This document shows, piece by piece, positions 9,842-20,258 of a DNA stretch of 64,000 bases. The position numbers were made by a program, and so were the translations under genes. A model generated the notes under the pieces. The model had not been told where the DNA came from. It did no database searches and worked only from the letters and a program-made list of their open reading frames with translations. Within the stretch, counting starts at the first letter, position 1, and each line of letters begins with the position of its first letter. The DNA is from an uncultured Gammaproteobacteria bacterium. GTDB taxonomy: Bacteria; Patescibacteriota; Microgenomatia; 2-02-FULL-39-11. Where the stretch lies: NCBI GenBank assembly GCA_964362665.1, contig CAYIFB010000005.1:2556-66555 (forward strand), given 5' to 3'.

Positions 9842-11509
9842 AATATAGAGAGTGACATCGTTCTGATCATAGATTGGTTGAAGAAGATTCGGATATAGAT
9901 AAGAATTGTATATAGGCTTTTCTTCCGGGCCTTGGAAAATAAGAGTAACTTTATTGTTCTTAATAAGATTTTTAACCTCTTCCATCGGCATTTTTCCAGT
10001 AAAGAATTTTTCGGTAAGTTTTCTTTTATCTTCCATATTATATGTATAGCCGTCATGGCCTATAAAACTGGTAGTGTGGGTGAAGGCGGGCAGGTAGTTG
10101 CCGGTATAAAAGGTAGATAGAGTAATAGTTTTTGACGGAAAGTTATTATTGATAAAGTCAAAGACATTATTCAGTCTGTTATCCAGATAAACATTGCCGA
10201 ATATTGGCCAGTATTCCTGAATTTGGGATTTTATACTCCAAGCAAGAGTTGGATAGGTAAAAATAATAAAAATAACACACACACAAATCCTGACTATAGG
10301 AAAGTTAAAATTAATTTTTTTACTGCCGGCTGATTTAATAATGGTGGGTATGATCTTAGATGAAGAGATTAAATTCTCAAGAAAAATTATGCCATAACTT
10401 CCCAATATGGCTAAAGTTAGATATGGAATACCCTGAATCAACCGGACATTGGAGATGCCCATTTGACGGGCAAAGGGAATCAAAAGCAGGGGAAAAATAA
10501 ACCAGGAAACAAGAAACGTGTCTCTAAACTTATTATTACGAAGGAGCTTCACAATTCCCAACAGAGCTAGAGGCAGCAGCATACCGAAGGCAAAGGGGAG
10601 TTCTTGTATGAGCGGAAATTGCTGTCCCTTTTCCCAGTTAAAGGGTTTGCTCCAAATTACGGAACTGTTGCCCTGTGAGGCGATGACATAAACCAAGATG
10701 ATATTTATCACCCAAAAAAGCATGAGATATAAAAACATTTGATAATTATTTTTAAAGAAGTCGCCCTTGATCTTTTTATAGTTTTGCAGAAAAAAAACTA
10801 TTCCGGACGCTGGCAGGGTAATAAGTAATATCAGCATGCTGGGCGGATGTACCAGCGTCAGTGGTATAGAGAGAAGCATAGCTAAAAATACCAGATACGG
10901 TTTCTGGTTTTTTATAAAATTCAGAAGAAGCAGAATTATCATGATTAAAAGTATCCCGGCCAACATATGGTGGGGAAGGTAAGCTGCTCTTCTTATGGGA
11001 TCAACCGCCGTCCACCAGTACATGTATGGCGTTGTGATGAATTTAGCCCCGTCCGGTATTTTGTGCATTAAAGGCGCAGCAAAAAGAAAAAAGAAATAAG
11101 TAAGTTTAGGATATGGGGCTTTAATAAAATATAAAAAATAAAAAATTAAAGATAAAAATATTATGCTTAATAAGATTCTTAATACTTGATAAGTGACAGC
11201 GAAAGAAAGATGCAACAGACTGCTCAATTTTCCCAGCCAGACGAAATAAGCAAAGATGACGGTTGGAGGATGAAATTCCGAGGTGTAGGGATTACTTGTT
11301 AGCCAAGCGCCCTGAGCTCCTTCATTCATCAGCGACTGGTAGAAATAGAAATCCTGGACGTTGTTATGGATAAGGCCAAAGGTACGACCGGCAGGCGCAT
11401 GTTTAATCTGTAAAATTAAAGGAGTGAGATTCAGTCCTAAAATAACAACTGTCGTGACAGTAAAAAATAATATGTCTTTAATTTTTAATTTTAAATTTTC
11501 AATTTTCAT
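9830..11509 (-). CDS. GT-C-like membrane protein, paralog family member 2
   Basis: DFYFYQSLMNEG, RRAAYLPHH, GNYLPAFTH...IGH. Confidence 0.75.
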   Translation of the reverse strand: MKIENLKLKIKDILFFTVTTVVILGLNLTPLILQIKHAPAGRTFGLIHNNVQDFYFYQSLMNEGAQGAWLTSNPYTSEFHPPTVIFAYFVWLGKLSSLLHLSFAVTYQVLRILLSIIFLSLIFYFLYFIKAPYPKLTYFFFLFAAPLMHKIPDGAKFITTPYMYWWTAVDPIRRAAYLPHHMLAGILLIMIILLLLNFIKNQKPYLVFLAMLLSIPLTLVHPPSMLILLITLPASGIVFFLQNYKKIKGDFFKNNYQMFLYLMLFWVINIILVYVIASQGNSSVIWSKPFNWEKGQQFPLIQELPFAFGMLLPLALLGIVKLLRNNKFRDTFLVSWFIFPLLLIPFARQMGISNVRLIQGIPYLTLAILGSYGIIFLENLISSSKIIPTIIKSAGSKKINFNFPIVRICVCVIFIIFTYPTLAWSIKSQIQEYWPIFGNVYLDNRLNNVFDFINNNFPSKTITLSTFYTGNYLPAFTHTTSFIGHDGYTYNMEDKRKLTEKFFTGKMPMEEVKNLIKNNKVTLIFQGPEEKPIYNSYLYPNLLQPIYDQNDVTLYILKP

Positions 11510-11560
11510 CGAATTTTCAATAATTAAATAGAAATTAAGAATTAGAAATTAGATATTAAT
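11478..11560. repeat. Degenerate heptamer (AAATTRA-like) repeats overlapping the gene start
   Basis: TTTTAATTTTAAATTTTCAATTTTC (encodes KIENLKLKIK) and AGAAATTAAGAATTAGAAATTAGA. Confidence 0.45.
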
Positions 11561-11616
11561 TTAATAATTACTATCTTACAATAATTTTTAAAATTTGCTA
11601 TGATCACGATCGAAAT

Positions 11617-12399
11617 ATGACCTTAAAAAAACCCTCGATCTCTATTTTTTTCCCCTTTCTCAACGATTGGGGGACGGTAGGCAGTCTGATAGGTTTAACA
11701 ATTGATACAGTTCAAAAGTATACAGATAACTGGGAAGTGTTAATTATAAATGACGGAAGCAGAAAAGAAGACAGGGAAGCGTTAGAGATGATTATTAATT
11801 CCTTTACGAGGTTGCACCTCGTACGAGGTGCAACCTCTCGGGAAAGAATAAGAATAATTGATCACAAAGAAAACAGAGGATATGGCGGGGCTTTAATCAG
11901 CGGATTTAAGGAAGCTAAAAAGGAACTTATTTTTTATACCGACTGTGACGCTCAATACGACCCAAGGGAATTATCCCGACTTCTGCAAAAACTAGATAAT
12001 AGCACGGGAATGGTCAACGGATATAAGATTAAAAGAAACGATCCGTGGTTTAGAATTATAGCCGGAAGGGTTTATCATTATCTAGTCAAGTTTGCCTTTC
12101 AATTGCCGATTCGTGATACAGATTGCGATTTCAGACTCATCCGCAAAAGTGTTTTTAATCCTTCGGCCAGCTCAGGACGCACCGGCGTGCGGCTCTATGA
12201 AAATTCAGGTACGATCTGTGTAGAACTCGTCAAAAAAATAGATCATTTTGGCTATAAAATTAAAGAAGTGCCGGTACACCATTTCTGGCGGACATCCGGC
12301 AAAAGCCAGTTTTTTAATGTTGCACGACTCTACAAAACAGGTGTAAATCTTTTGAAGCTCTGGTGGAAACTAATAATAAAAAAAGAGTATTATTCATGA
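11617..12399 (+). CDS. GT2 glycosyltransferase (DPM1-like polyprenol-phosphate sugar synthase) carrying two palindromic inserts
   Basis: INDGS, NRGYGGAL, TDCDAQY, DTDCDFRL. Confidence 0.85.
   Translation: MTLKKPSISIFFPFLNDWGTVGSLIGLTIDTVQKYTDNWEVLIINDGSRKEDREALEMIINSFTRLHLVRGATSRERIRIIDHKENRGYGGALISGFKEAKKELIFYTDCDAQYDPRELSRLLQKLDNSTGMVNGYKIKRNDPWFRIIAGRVYHYLVKFAFQLPIRDTDCDFRLIRKSVFNPSASSGRTGVRLYENSGTICVELVKKIDHFGYKIKEVPVHHFWRTSGKSQFFNVARLYKTGVNLLKLWWKLIIKKEYYS
11808..11837. repeat. Family E: perfect 30-bp palindrome, in frame in GT2
   Basis: GAGGTTGCACCTCGTACGAGGTGCAACCTC equals its own reverse complement; encodes RLHLVRGATS. Confidence 0.9.
12159..12177 (+). repeat. Family D hairpin (TCCTTCG-N-CTCAGGA), in frame in GT2
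   Basis: TCCTTCGGCCAGCTCAGGA encodes PSASSG; same motif at 37397-37426 (reverse), 47023-47080 and 60215-60235. Confidence 0.7.
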
Positions 12400-13571
12400 G
12401 TATATTTTCAAAGAAAAAACTTAAATATTTTTCCTTCATAGTCATACTAATACTTCTTTTCTCAGAATTACTGGTGAGATTTTTCAAGCCTCAAATTACT
12501 TATACCGACGCTTTCAAATTTGCCATGAATTGTTTAACAAAAGACGACCTGCTCCCTTTTTCTTTAATACCGGGATTCAAAAATTGCAGCATGGTGAATC
12601 AGGACGGCGATTTTTCTACAACCGCAAATATAAACAGCCTGGGATACCGGGGGAAAGATTTTTTGGAAAAAAAGGTTGCGGGAAGCAAAAGAATTCTAGT
12701 ATTAGGCGATTCTATCACTTTCGGAATTGGCGTCCCCGATGATAAAACGTATCCGTATCTTCTTGAAGAAAAGCTCAAAAGTGAGAAAAAAGTGGAAGTC
12801 ATTAACGCAGGATACACCGATGGGTTTTCACCTGACAGTTATTACGTTTACCTGAAGAATATGGGAGAAAAACTTAAACCGGATATCATTATTCTTGGTT
12901 TTTTCGTCTGGAATGATATAAGCGATATATCAGAAACAGTTTGGGAAAAAACCGATCCGCTAGGCCTTCCGGAAAAAGTGATTTCCTGCTGTCGCCGGAT
13001 AGTCGACGGCTATCTGCAGCGCAACAATATCAACTTCAAATATCAATTACCGATTCTGCGGCAATCGCATCTTTATTTGACGGTAATTGAAGAGTTACCA
13101 AAAAAATTTAATTTATTTCAGGAAAAACAAGGTTCAGTTCCTAAAAGAGATTTACTGCAAGGGTGCGTTCTCAACCCAAGCTGTATCGATAATTTTCATG
13201 ACGAAGAAGAAAAGACCTACAAATTGCTTGAAGCCATCGATAAATATGCTTCGTGGATCGGGAGTAAATTCTTATTGGTTATTTTTCCGGTCGACCTGCA
13301 ATATTATCCGGATCGGGCCGGCAAATACGTATCAACCTGGTTTCCTGATCCGAAGGAGAGAGATTTTATCCAAAACAGAATGAAGAAAAGACTGAACAGT
13401 TTGGGAATTAAGTATCTTGATTTATATGATGTCTTCGATAAAGAAAAAGATAAAATTAACCCTTTTTTCATCCATGATGCACATCTCAATATTCAGGGAC
13501 ATGAAATTGCTGCGCGGGAAATTGCCAATTACCTGCAATCTTATAAATTATTGGATCCTGATAAACAATAA
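12396..13571 (+). CDS. SGNH/GDSL hydrolase-family protein, membrane-anchored
   Basis: LGDSITFG, VINAG, WND, DAH motifs; ATGA overlap with the upstream gene. Confidence 0.85.
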   Translation: MSIFSKKKLKYFSFIVILILLFSELLVRFFKPQITYTDAFKFAMNCLTKDDLLPFSLIPGFKNCSMVNQDGDFSTTANINSLGYRGKDFLEKKVAGSKRILVLGDSITFGIGVPDDKTYPYLLEEKLKSEKKVEVINAGYTDGFSPDSYYVYLKNMGEKLKPDIIILGFFVWNDISDISETVWEKTDPLGLPEKVISCCRRIVDGYLQRNNINFKYQLPILRQSHLYLTVIEELPKKFNLFQEKQGSVPKRDLLQGCVLNPSCIDNFHDEEEKTYKLLEAIDKYASWIGSKFLLVIFPVDLQYYPDRAGKYVSTWFPDPKERDFIQNRMKKRLNSLGIKYLDLYDVFDKEKDKINPFFIHDAHLNIQGHEIAAREIANYLQSYKLLDPDKQ

Positions 13572-13591
13572 ACGGCACACTGCAAATAATA

Positions 13592-15676
13592 TCAAATCCT
13601 GCTTTTCTCCCAGACATCTAAAAAGCCATAAGTACCTGATCTTCTGTAGTTTTTCTGTAAGTAATCAAAGATTAAGGGGAAAAATTTATCTTTTGCTGCA
13701 CTATTTGCTTCATAAGAGATATAAGCGAGCGCGTCAGTATCTGTATAAACGGTTTGAGGGTTGAGTTTTTTTAAATTCTGAAGAAGATTGACATCCTGAG
13801 AGATAGTGAGTACAAGCTGGGAATTACTAAGGGGCAAGGCGTTGGTTTTACCGGATTTTATCAGAATTATCGCATCATAATAAGACAAGACAGTCACTTT
13901 ATTGTTTGACGTTTCTCTTTTCTTAATATATGCGGAAGCATCATTGATGCCGTTAAATATTTTTTCCGAAGCATACCGGTCAGCTTCAATACTTGGCCAG
14001 TATTGATGTTCGTGATTTACGATAATCCGGAAAAAGTAAACGGTGATACTGAAGGTTACAATACTGCATAAAATTAAGTAGGGAGCAAAAATTGTGAGTC
14101 TCGATAGGGAAAATGCATGCGAATCCCTGTTTTTTAATGAGAAATGAAACAGTTCCTGAAAAAGATTCACCATTAATATGATTGCAGGAATAGAGACAAT
14201 GGCTAAATTAAGAATATAAGGACTTTTGACGTAATACATGTATATCATCAGGCCGTAGACGGCAAAACTTATTTTCCACAATGCATTGTTCTCATTCCAT
14301 TTATAAATATACGAAAGACATGATTTTATCAAAACGATTAAGTAGATGGCCAAAGTTATGAGGTGTAATCCGATTACAGGTGGCGGATCACCTCCGGCAA
14401 AGCCTTTACTGAAAATACGAATATAAAACATGAGGGAAGACCAGTCCGGATATTTACCGGACACAAATTTTGCATAAAGACTATAGAGAAAACCTAGAAT
14501 AATAATATAAATAATTATCGTCAAAACTGATTTGAATATATTAAATCCTTTAACAATTAAGCTATTATCTTTACCTAGCCAAAAATCGTGAAGTGATTTA
14601 TAAACCAGATAACTGATGATGATAGAAGTTCCGGCTTCCAAATTATAGAAAAAAGCTACTGCCGCCAAAAAAGGAAGGAAATACCCCAGCCATTTTTTTG
14701 GGGTATTATCATAAAGAAGAAGCAGAAAAAAGAAGGGAAGATCCATGAGGTATCTGAGGGGAAAAACCTGTGGACGGGTATAGCGGTCAAATGTTGAGTA
14801 AAAATGAAGCGTAAACATAACTATAAGACCTATTAACGCCCAGACGTTGCTTTTGGTAAAAATCTTAAGTTCCAAATAGGCAAAAACGTAGTATATAATT
14901 CCGACAACCACCATCAGATAAAAGAAATTCGGGATGGAAAGGGGAATTAACTTGAATATCCAGGCAAAGAAATAAGGAAGAAGTAGGCCGTATTGTGAAT
15001 AAGCGTCTACTAATATAACTTTTCCCATGAGAATATCATTGATTGATCCTATGAACGGTGCTGTATGCAAATAAGCCCCGGGATATCCGGTAAAATAATA
15101 TTTTTCATCTATAATTCTGTCAAAAAGAGTAATGACGATCAGGATGATTGAAACGAGCGGAAGATAATTATAGATAGTTCGAAGTGCCGACGATAAAATG
15201 GGATGTAACCGGCGATTGAAATATAAAGATATAAAGAAAAAAGTCCCGATTAAAAATGCGGTGATTTGAAGCGGATGAAAGATGATGGGATCAAGTTTAA
15301 AAATGTAATAATACTCATTTATTATGGCACGGCCATAATATAAAATAAGATAATAGCTCATCGAAAGGATTTCTATACTCAAGAGAGAAAGCGGAATTAA
15401 AAAAAAACGCTTTAATCTGATGATTTTCTGAATCAACCTGCGGGAGGAAATAAACAGTAAGATTGTGATGAAAGGAATTCCAACTGCAACGATAGAATAG
15501 TAAACCAGTTTATAGCTTTGAGGGATGAAGTTTGTTCTATAAGCAGGCACAATATCTTCAAGTCCGGAAACGGGAGCAGGATTTATATGCAATTGACTAA
15601 AAATTAGTATGGTAAATACCACTGCGATGAGAAAGCTGTAAAAAAATCTAAGATAGTAGTAGAAAAACTTGCCCAT
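13592..15676 (-). CDS. Polytopic membrane protein, probable GT-C fold
   Basis: Many TM helices; DAYSQYG loop; soluble C-terminus. Confidence 0.65.
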   Translation of the reverse strand: MGKFFYYYLRFFYSFLIAVVFTILIFSQLHINPAPVSGLEDIVPAYRTNFIPQSYKLVYYSIVAVGIPFITILLFISSRRLIQKIIRLKRFFLIPLSLLSIEILSMSYYLILYYGRAIINEYYYIFKLDPIIFHPLQITAFLIGTFFFISLYFNRRLHPILSSALRTIYNYLPLVSIILIVITLFDRIIDEKYYFTGYPGAYLHTAPFIGSINDILMGKVILVDAYSQYGLLLPYFFAWIFKLIPLSIPNFFYLMVVVGIIYYVFAYLELKIFTKSNVWALIGLIVMFTLHFYSTFDRYTRPQVFPLRYLMDLPFFFLLLLYDNTPKKWLGYFLPFLAAVAFFYNLEAGTSIIISYLVYKSLHDFWLGKDNSLIVKGFNIFKSVLTIIIYIIILGFLYSLYAKFVSGKYPDWSSLMFYIRIFSKGFAGGDPPPVIGLHLITLAIYLIVLIKSCLSYIYKWNENNALWKISFAVYGLMIYMYYVKSPYILNLAIVSIPAIILMVNLFQELFHFSLKNRDSHAFSLSRLTIFAPYLILCSIVTFSITVYFFRIIVNHEHQYWPSIEADRYASEKIFNGINDASAYIKKRETSNNKVTVLSYYDAIILIKSGKTNALPLSNSQLVLTISQDVNLLQNLKKLNPQTVYTDTDALAYISYEANSAAKDKFFPLIFDYLQKNYRRSGTYGFLDVWEKSRI

Positions 15677-15715
15677 GAGATTTATTTTACTTTATTCCAG
15701 GTCAAGAAAAAATAT

Positions 15716-16978
15716 ATGAATTTAATAATTTTCTTTGCTGCCGGGATTTTGTACCGTTTATGGTTAATTCATCTCGTTCCTCAGCCGTTTGTCTATGATC
15801 AGAACCAATATTTATCAGTTGCCTGGGGCATCCTGCAATACGGGTTGTATGCGGATTATTCAAGGCTGTATGGTTATGGACTCTTAATTGCGCCTTTCAT
15901 CAAAATCTTTGGTTTATCAAATCCATTTCCCTGGCAGTTGTTTCAGGCAATTCTTGACACCCTTAGCGCTTTTTTGGTTTATTATATCGGTAAGAAGATT
16001 TTTAAGACGGAAAGAGCAGCTTTTTGGGGATTTATACTTTATCTGTTTAATCCTTTTACTTCTGCCTACGTAGGAGTGATGCTGACAGAGATAGCTGCAA
16101 TATTTTTCATGGTACTGGTGTTTTTTATTTATTTACGTTTTTTAGAAACCAGAAAAATATCTCTGCTTTTGCTCCTCGGTTTCATACTTGGATATTTCGT
16201 CCAGGTGAGGCCAAGTTTTTTGTATTTTACGATTTTTTTTCTAATATGGCTTATATTTCTGATTTTTAAAATTATAAAACCGAATAAACATAAGGCTTTA
16301 CTTTGTATTATTTTACCCATAATTTATTTAATACCTTTTTCATACAATATTGCGGCAAATTATAAAACTTTTCATCAATTTGCAATGTTGTCTGTTGACA
16401 AGTTTTTCTTTCGGGATGTCTATGTCAGCTTAATAGTTGACAGGGTACCACGCACATCCAGCGATCCTTATTATTTTTGGTCGGGAGAAGCATTGTATGT
16501 TTGGGGTGTGTTTTCGACGCCAAAAACTGTAATCGAAAGGCAAAATATGGCAGATAAGTATTTTCAACTTGGAATGGCAATCATAAAGAAAGACCCCATA
16601 AAATTTATCGTTTCAAGGGCCAAAAAAATGCAATATGTCTGGGAGAAGCATTATCTCTTTCCATATAAAATGGAATCTACAAATCCCATTATTAATTTTC
16701 TCGTGTATTGGATTAACGTCTGCTTTTTAGTTTTGACTCTATTTGGACTCATTATGTTTTTCAGGAAAAGAAAAAATGAAAAATCTTGGGCGGAAAAGCA
16801 GTCGATATATATAGTTATTTTTATCTTGATGTATATTACATTTGCCCATATGTTTAGCACCGGTGAAGAAAGGTTTTCACTGCCGGCTTACACTTTTGTT
16901 TTTATGTTTGCGGGTTTTGGATTATATACATTGCAAAATCGGTGGTTGGGTAGATATAATATACTTCTTTTATTATAA
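15716..16978 (+). CDS. ArnT/PMT-like (GT39/83-type) membrane glycosyltransferase
   Basis: DQNQY early loop, MLTE, VRP, ERF.LP motifs. Confidence 0.7.
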   Translation: MNLIIFFAAGILYRLWLIHLVPQPFVYDQNQYLSVAWGILQYGLYADYSRLYGYGLLIAPFIKIFGLSNPFPWQLFQAILDTLSAFLVYYIGKKIFKTERAAFWGFILYLFNPFTSAYVGVMLTEIAAIFFMVLVFFIYLRFLETRKISLLLLLGFILGYFVQVRPSFLYFTIFFLIWLIFLIFKIIKPNKHKALLCIILPIIYLIPFSYNIAANYKTFHQFAMLSVDKFFFRDVYVSLIVDRVPRTSSDPYYFWSGEALYVWGVFSTPKTVIERQNMADKYFQLGMAIIKKDPIKFIVSRAKKMQYVWEKHYLFPYKMESTNPIINFLVYWINVCFLVLTLFGLIMFFRKRKNEKSWAEKQSIYIVIFILMYITFAHMFSTGEERFSLPAYTFVFMFAGFGLYTLQNRWLGRYNILLLL

Positions 16979-17046
16979 TTTGGAATCAGCATATACTCTT
17001 CTAAACTGTCCCTCGCTATCGCTCGGGATCGAGTAAGAAGAGTATA
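16961..17046 (+). mobile_element. Palindromic element family C, copy 1 (86 bp)
   Basis: ATACTTCTTT...TTGGAATCAG...TACTCTTCT..TCCC...GGGATC..AGAAGAGTATA; supplies the last codons and stop of 15716..16978. Confidence 0.88.
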
Positions 17047-17058
17047 ATTAAAAATTTT

Positions 17059-17715
17059 ATGGCAGAAGTAAACCTTCTTAAAAACTATCCGAGCGTCAAA
17101 AGAAATATTTCCCAGAGAGCAATAAATAAAACTGAGAGTATCCGGGCAGTTGCCCGAAAATTCGGTAAAGAATATTTTGACGGGGAGAGGAAATATGGCT
17201 ATGGCGGATTTAATTATCACCCGCGTTTCTGGCAGGGAGTGGCGCAGGATTTTCAAGAATATTATCACTTAACTGCAAAAAGCAGTATTTTGGATGTGGG
17301 TTGCGCTAAAGGCTTCATGATGCATGATTTTGCGGGTTTGTTTCCGGGAATTCAGATTACAGGCATCGATATTTCAGAGTATGCCGTGCGTCATGCGCTT
17401 GAAGATATGAAATCCCGTATAAGAGTGGGGAACGCTAAAAAATTACCCTACCAGGATAAATCATTTGATTTGGTCATCTCCATAAATACAATTCATAATC
17501 TTGCGCTTGATGAATGCAAACAAGCGCTTCGTGAGATACAAAGGGTGAAAAAAAAGCACAGCTTTATCACGGTTGATGCATACCGAAACAGTGAAGAGAA
17601 AAAAAGACTGGAAGCATGGAATTTGACAGCCTTAACTTATATGTCTGTACCAGAATGGGTCAAGCTATTTCATGAAGTCGGATATACCGGCGACTATTGG
17701 TGGTTTATTCCATAA
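17059..17715 (+). CDS. Class I SAM-dependent methyltransferase
   Basis: ILDVGCAKG, GIDIS, FDLVIS. Confidence 0.9.
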   Translation: MAEVNLLKNYPSVKRNISQRAINKTESIRAVARKFGKEYFDGERKYGYGGFNYHPRFWQGVAQDFQEYYHLTAKSSILDVGCAKGFMMHDFAGLFPGIQITGIDISEYAVRHALEDMKSRIRVGNAKKLPYQDKSFDLVISINTIHNLALDECKQALREIQRVKKKHSFITVDAYRNSEEKKRLEAWNLTALTYMSVPEWVKLFHEVGYTGDYWWFIP

Positions 17716-17726
17716 ATATTCATGAT

Positions 17727-17812
17727 ATACTTCTTTAATTATAATTTGGAATCAGTATTTACTCTTCTAGACCGTCCCTCGTTATCACTCGGGATCTAGT
17801 AAGAAGGGTATA
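17727..17812 (+). mobile_element. Palindromic element family C, copy 2
   Basis: Direct repeat of 16961-17046 with about 9 substitutions. Confidence 0.88.
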
Positions 17813-17813
17813 T

Positions 17814-18488
17814 ATGAAGAAAAAATTAAAACAAACAGATGCTTACCGTTTAGGAACAGAGTACCAATTTATCAACCCCATCCCGATGGGACCATGGACT
17901 TCATACAGTCTTCTGAATGATCCTATCCATATGTCATTTGTCCTGGCCCGCTATAAATTTTGTGCCAGAATGCTTAGCGGTAAAAAGATGGTTTTGGAAG
18001 TTGGGTGCGGAGACGCTCCCGGGACGCCAATTGTGGCAGAATTTACCGGTAAAGTTATTGCAGTTGATGTTGAAAAAAGGCTAATTGACTCTGACAGAAA
18101 GCGGCTGCGGGATGTCAAAAATATAGAGTTCAGGGTGCATGATATCTGTAAGGATGCACCCTATGAGAGATTTGATGCAGTATATTCGATCGACGTCATC
18201 GAACATCTAGACACAAAGCTAAATATCCCTTTTATGGAAAATTCCGTTAAAAGCCTGCAAAAGCACGGAATTTGTATTATAGGTACACCAAATATTAAAG
18301 CAAACCAATATGCCTCTGAAAGAAGCAGAGTACAGCATATTAATCTTTTCAGCCATAAGTCTTTACATGACCACCTCTCCCGTTACTTTAATAATGTCTT
18401 CATGTTTTCGATGAGTGATGAAGTAATACATACAGGGTATGGAAATATGGCGCATTATTTATTCGGTATGGGCGTCGGGGTAAAATGA
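17814..18488 (+). CDS. Class I SAM-dependent methyltransferase
   Basis: VLEVGCGD, FDAVYSIDVIEHL, GTPN. Confidence 0.9.
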   Translation: MKKKLKQTDAYRLGTEYQFINPIPMGPWTSYSLLNDPIHMSFVLARYKFCARMLSGKKMVLEVGCGDAPGTPIVAEFTGKVIAVDVEKRLIDSDRKRLRDVKNIEFRVHDICKDAPYERFDAVYSIDVIEHLDTKLNIPFMENSVKSLQKHGICIIGTPNIKANQYASERSRVQHINLFSHKSLHDHLSRYFNNVFMFSMSDEVIHTGYGNMAHYLFGMGVGVK

Positions 18489-20254
18489 AACTTGCAGATT
18501 ATGTAGCCGAATATTTAGTTTCTCAGGGCATAAAACACGTTTTTGTTGTCTCGGGCGGAGCGGCAATACACATGATTGATTCCGTCGCCCGAAACCCAAA
18601 AATTGACTATATTTGTTCCCAGCACGAACAGCACTCAGGGGCCGAAGCGGATGGATATAGCCGCATAAGCAATAATTTGGGTGCGGTGATAGTCACCAGC
18701 GGCCCGGGTGGAACTAATCTGGCAACGAGTATTGCTAATGCATATTATGACTCAATCCCCATAATTTTTTTATGCGGTCAGGTATCAACCTTCAGGTTAA
18801 AGAAAAACCCGGGACTTCGCCAAAAAGGATTTCAGGAGACAGATATTGTCGGGATGTTTAAACCTATCACCAAGTATGCCTCACAATTATTGGATTCTTC
18901 AGATATAGGATATGAACTGGAAAAAGCCACATACTTTGCCCGTGAGGGAAGGCCGGGACCTGTGGTTTTGGACATTCCGGATGATTTATCCAGAAGCGAA
19001 ATTGACCCTAAAAAGATAAAACACTTCCACCCTCCAAAAACTAAAAAAATAATAAAGAGTAATTTAATTACCCAAATAAAAGATTTAGACAGGTTAATTC
19101 AGGCTTCTTCTCGTCCTGTTTTGATTGTAGGAGCCGGTGTTGGAATTGCTGATTCCCGCCGGGAGGCTATAAGATTCGCAGAGTTTTACCATTTGCCTTG
19201 TGCCCATACCTTTGGGGGAGCGGATATTATGCCGTCTTCTCATAAATTAAATATAGGTACGATCGGAGTCTGTGGTCCAAGATCCGGAAATTTTGCCCTG
19301 CAGACATCAGATTTAATTATTGCAATCGGTACCCGACTTTCTCCGATGGTGACAGGCGGTAAGCCGAATCTATTTGCGCCGCACGCTAAAAAGGTAATGA
19401 TTGATATTGACCCTGAGGAGTTTATTAAATTTACCAAGCAGGAGTTTATACTGGATCTGGCAATCCGGACCGATGCAAAGAATTTTTTTGCAGTTTGGGA
19501 AAAACAGTTTAATAAAAAAATAAAGAATAAATTATTTGATAAATGGTTGAATAAAATTAAGATTTGGGAAGATAAATATCCGATTTGCCCAGCCTCCTAT
19601 TTTGCCAGTAAAAAGCAGATACAGCCTCACGTATTCATTAAAGAACTTGCCAAACTGGCTAAACAGGGCGACGTGATAGTAGGCGATACCGGAGCTAATT
19701 TATGCTGGTTGCTTCAAGCTTGGGAGACAAAAAAGGATCAGAGAATCATATCAGCCTGGAGTCACACTCCAATGGGTTATGCTCTTCCGGCCTCGATTGG
19801 GGCTGCTTTTACAACACATAAAAACATTCTTTGTCTTATTGGAGACGGCGGGCTTATGATGTGTCTTCAGGAATTGGCCACAGTGATTCGCTACCATATC
19901 CCGATTAAAATATTTATTTTCAATAATCACGGACATAGTATTCAGAAACAGACGCTTGAAACCTGGCTCAAAGGGCGATTTTCGGCAGTAGACGTTCCCA
20001 GCGGTTTATCTTTCCCGGATTTTCAGAAAGTCGCAAAGGCCTTCGGGATATCTACTCTGACTCTTGACCGTCATCAAGATCTTAGTAAAAAACTGTTACG
20101 GATTTTATCCATGAGAGGTCCAGTGCTTGTGAACGTGGAGATTGATCCTGACGCGAGAATTGTACCTATGCTGAAATTTGGCGCCGGACTTGAAAACATG
20201 GATCCAAAACTTCCAGAAGAAGAACTCTCATCACTAATGGGTGTTTTAAACTGA
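18485..20254 (+). CDS. ThDP-dependent acetolactate-synthase-like enzyme (YerE-like carboligase by context)
   Basis: HEQ, TSGPGGTNL, GRPGPV.LDIP, GDGG...NN ThDP motif; lies in a sugar operon without an ilvN/ilvH partner. Confidence 0.85.
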   Translation: MKLADYVAEYLVSQGIKHVFVVSGGAAIHMIDSVARNPKIDYICSQHEQHSGAEADGYSRISNNLGAVIVTSGPGGTNLATSIANAYYDSIPIIFLCGQVSTFRLKKNPGLRQKGFQETDIVGMFKPITKYASQLLDSSDIGYELEKATYFAREGRPGPVVLDIPDDLSRSEIDPKKIKHFHPPKTKKIIKSNLITQIKDLDRLIQASSRPVLIVGAGVGIADSRREAIRFAEFYHLPCAHTFGGADIMPSSHKLNIGTIGVCGPRSGNFALQTSDLIIAIGTRLSPMVTGGKPNLFAPHAKKVMIDIDPEEFIKFTKQEFILDLAIRTDAKNFFAVWEKQFNKKIKNKLFDKWLNKIKIWEDKYPICPASYFASKKQIQPHVFIKELAKLAKQGDVIVGDTGANLCWLLQAWETKKDQRIISAWSHTPMGYALPASIGAAFTTHKNILCLIGDGGLMMCLQELATVIRYHIPIKIFIFNNHGHSIQKQTLETWLKGRFSAVDVPSGLSFPDFQKVAKAFGISTLTLDRHQDLSKKLLRILSMRGPVLVNVEIDPDARIVPMLKFGAGLENMDPKLPEEELSSLMGVLN

Positions 20255-20258
20255 TCAT

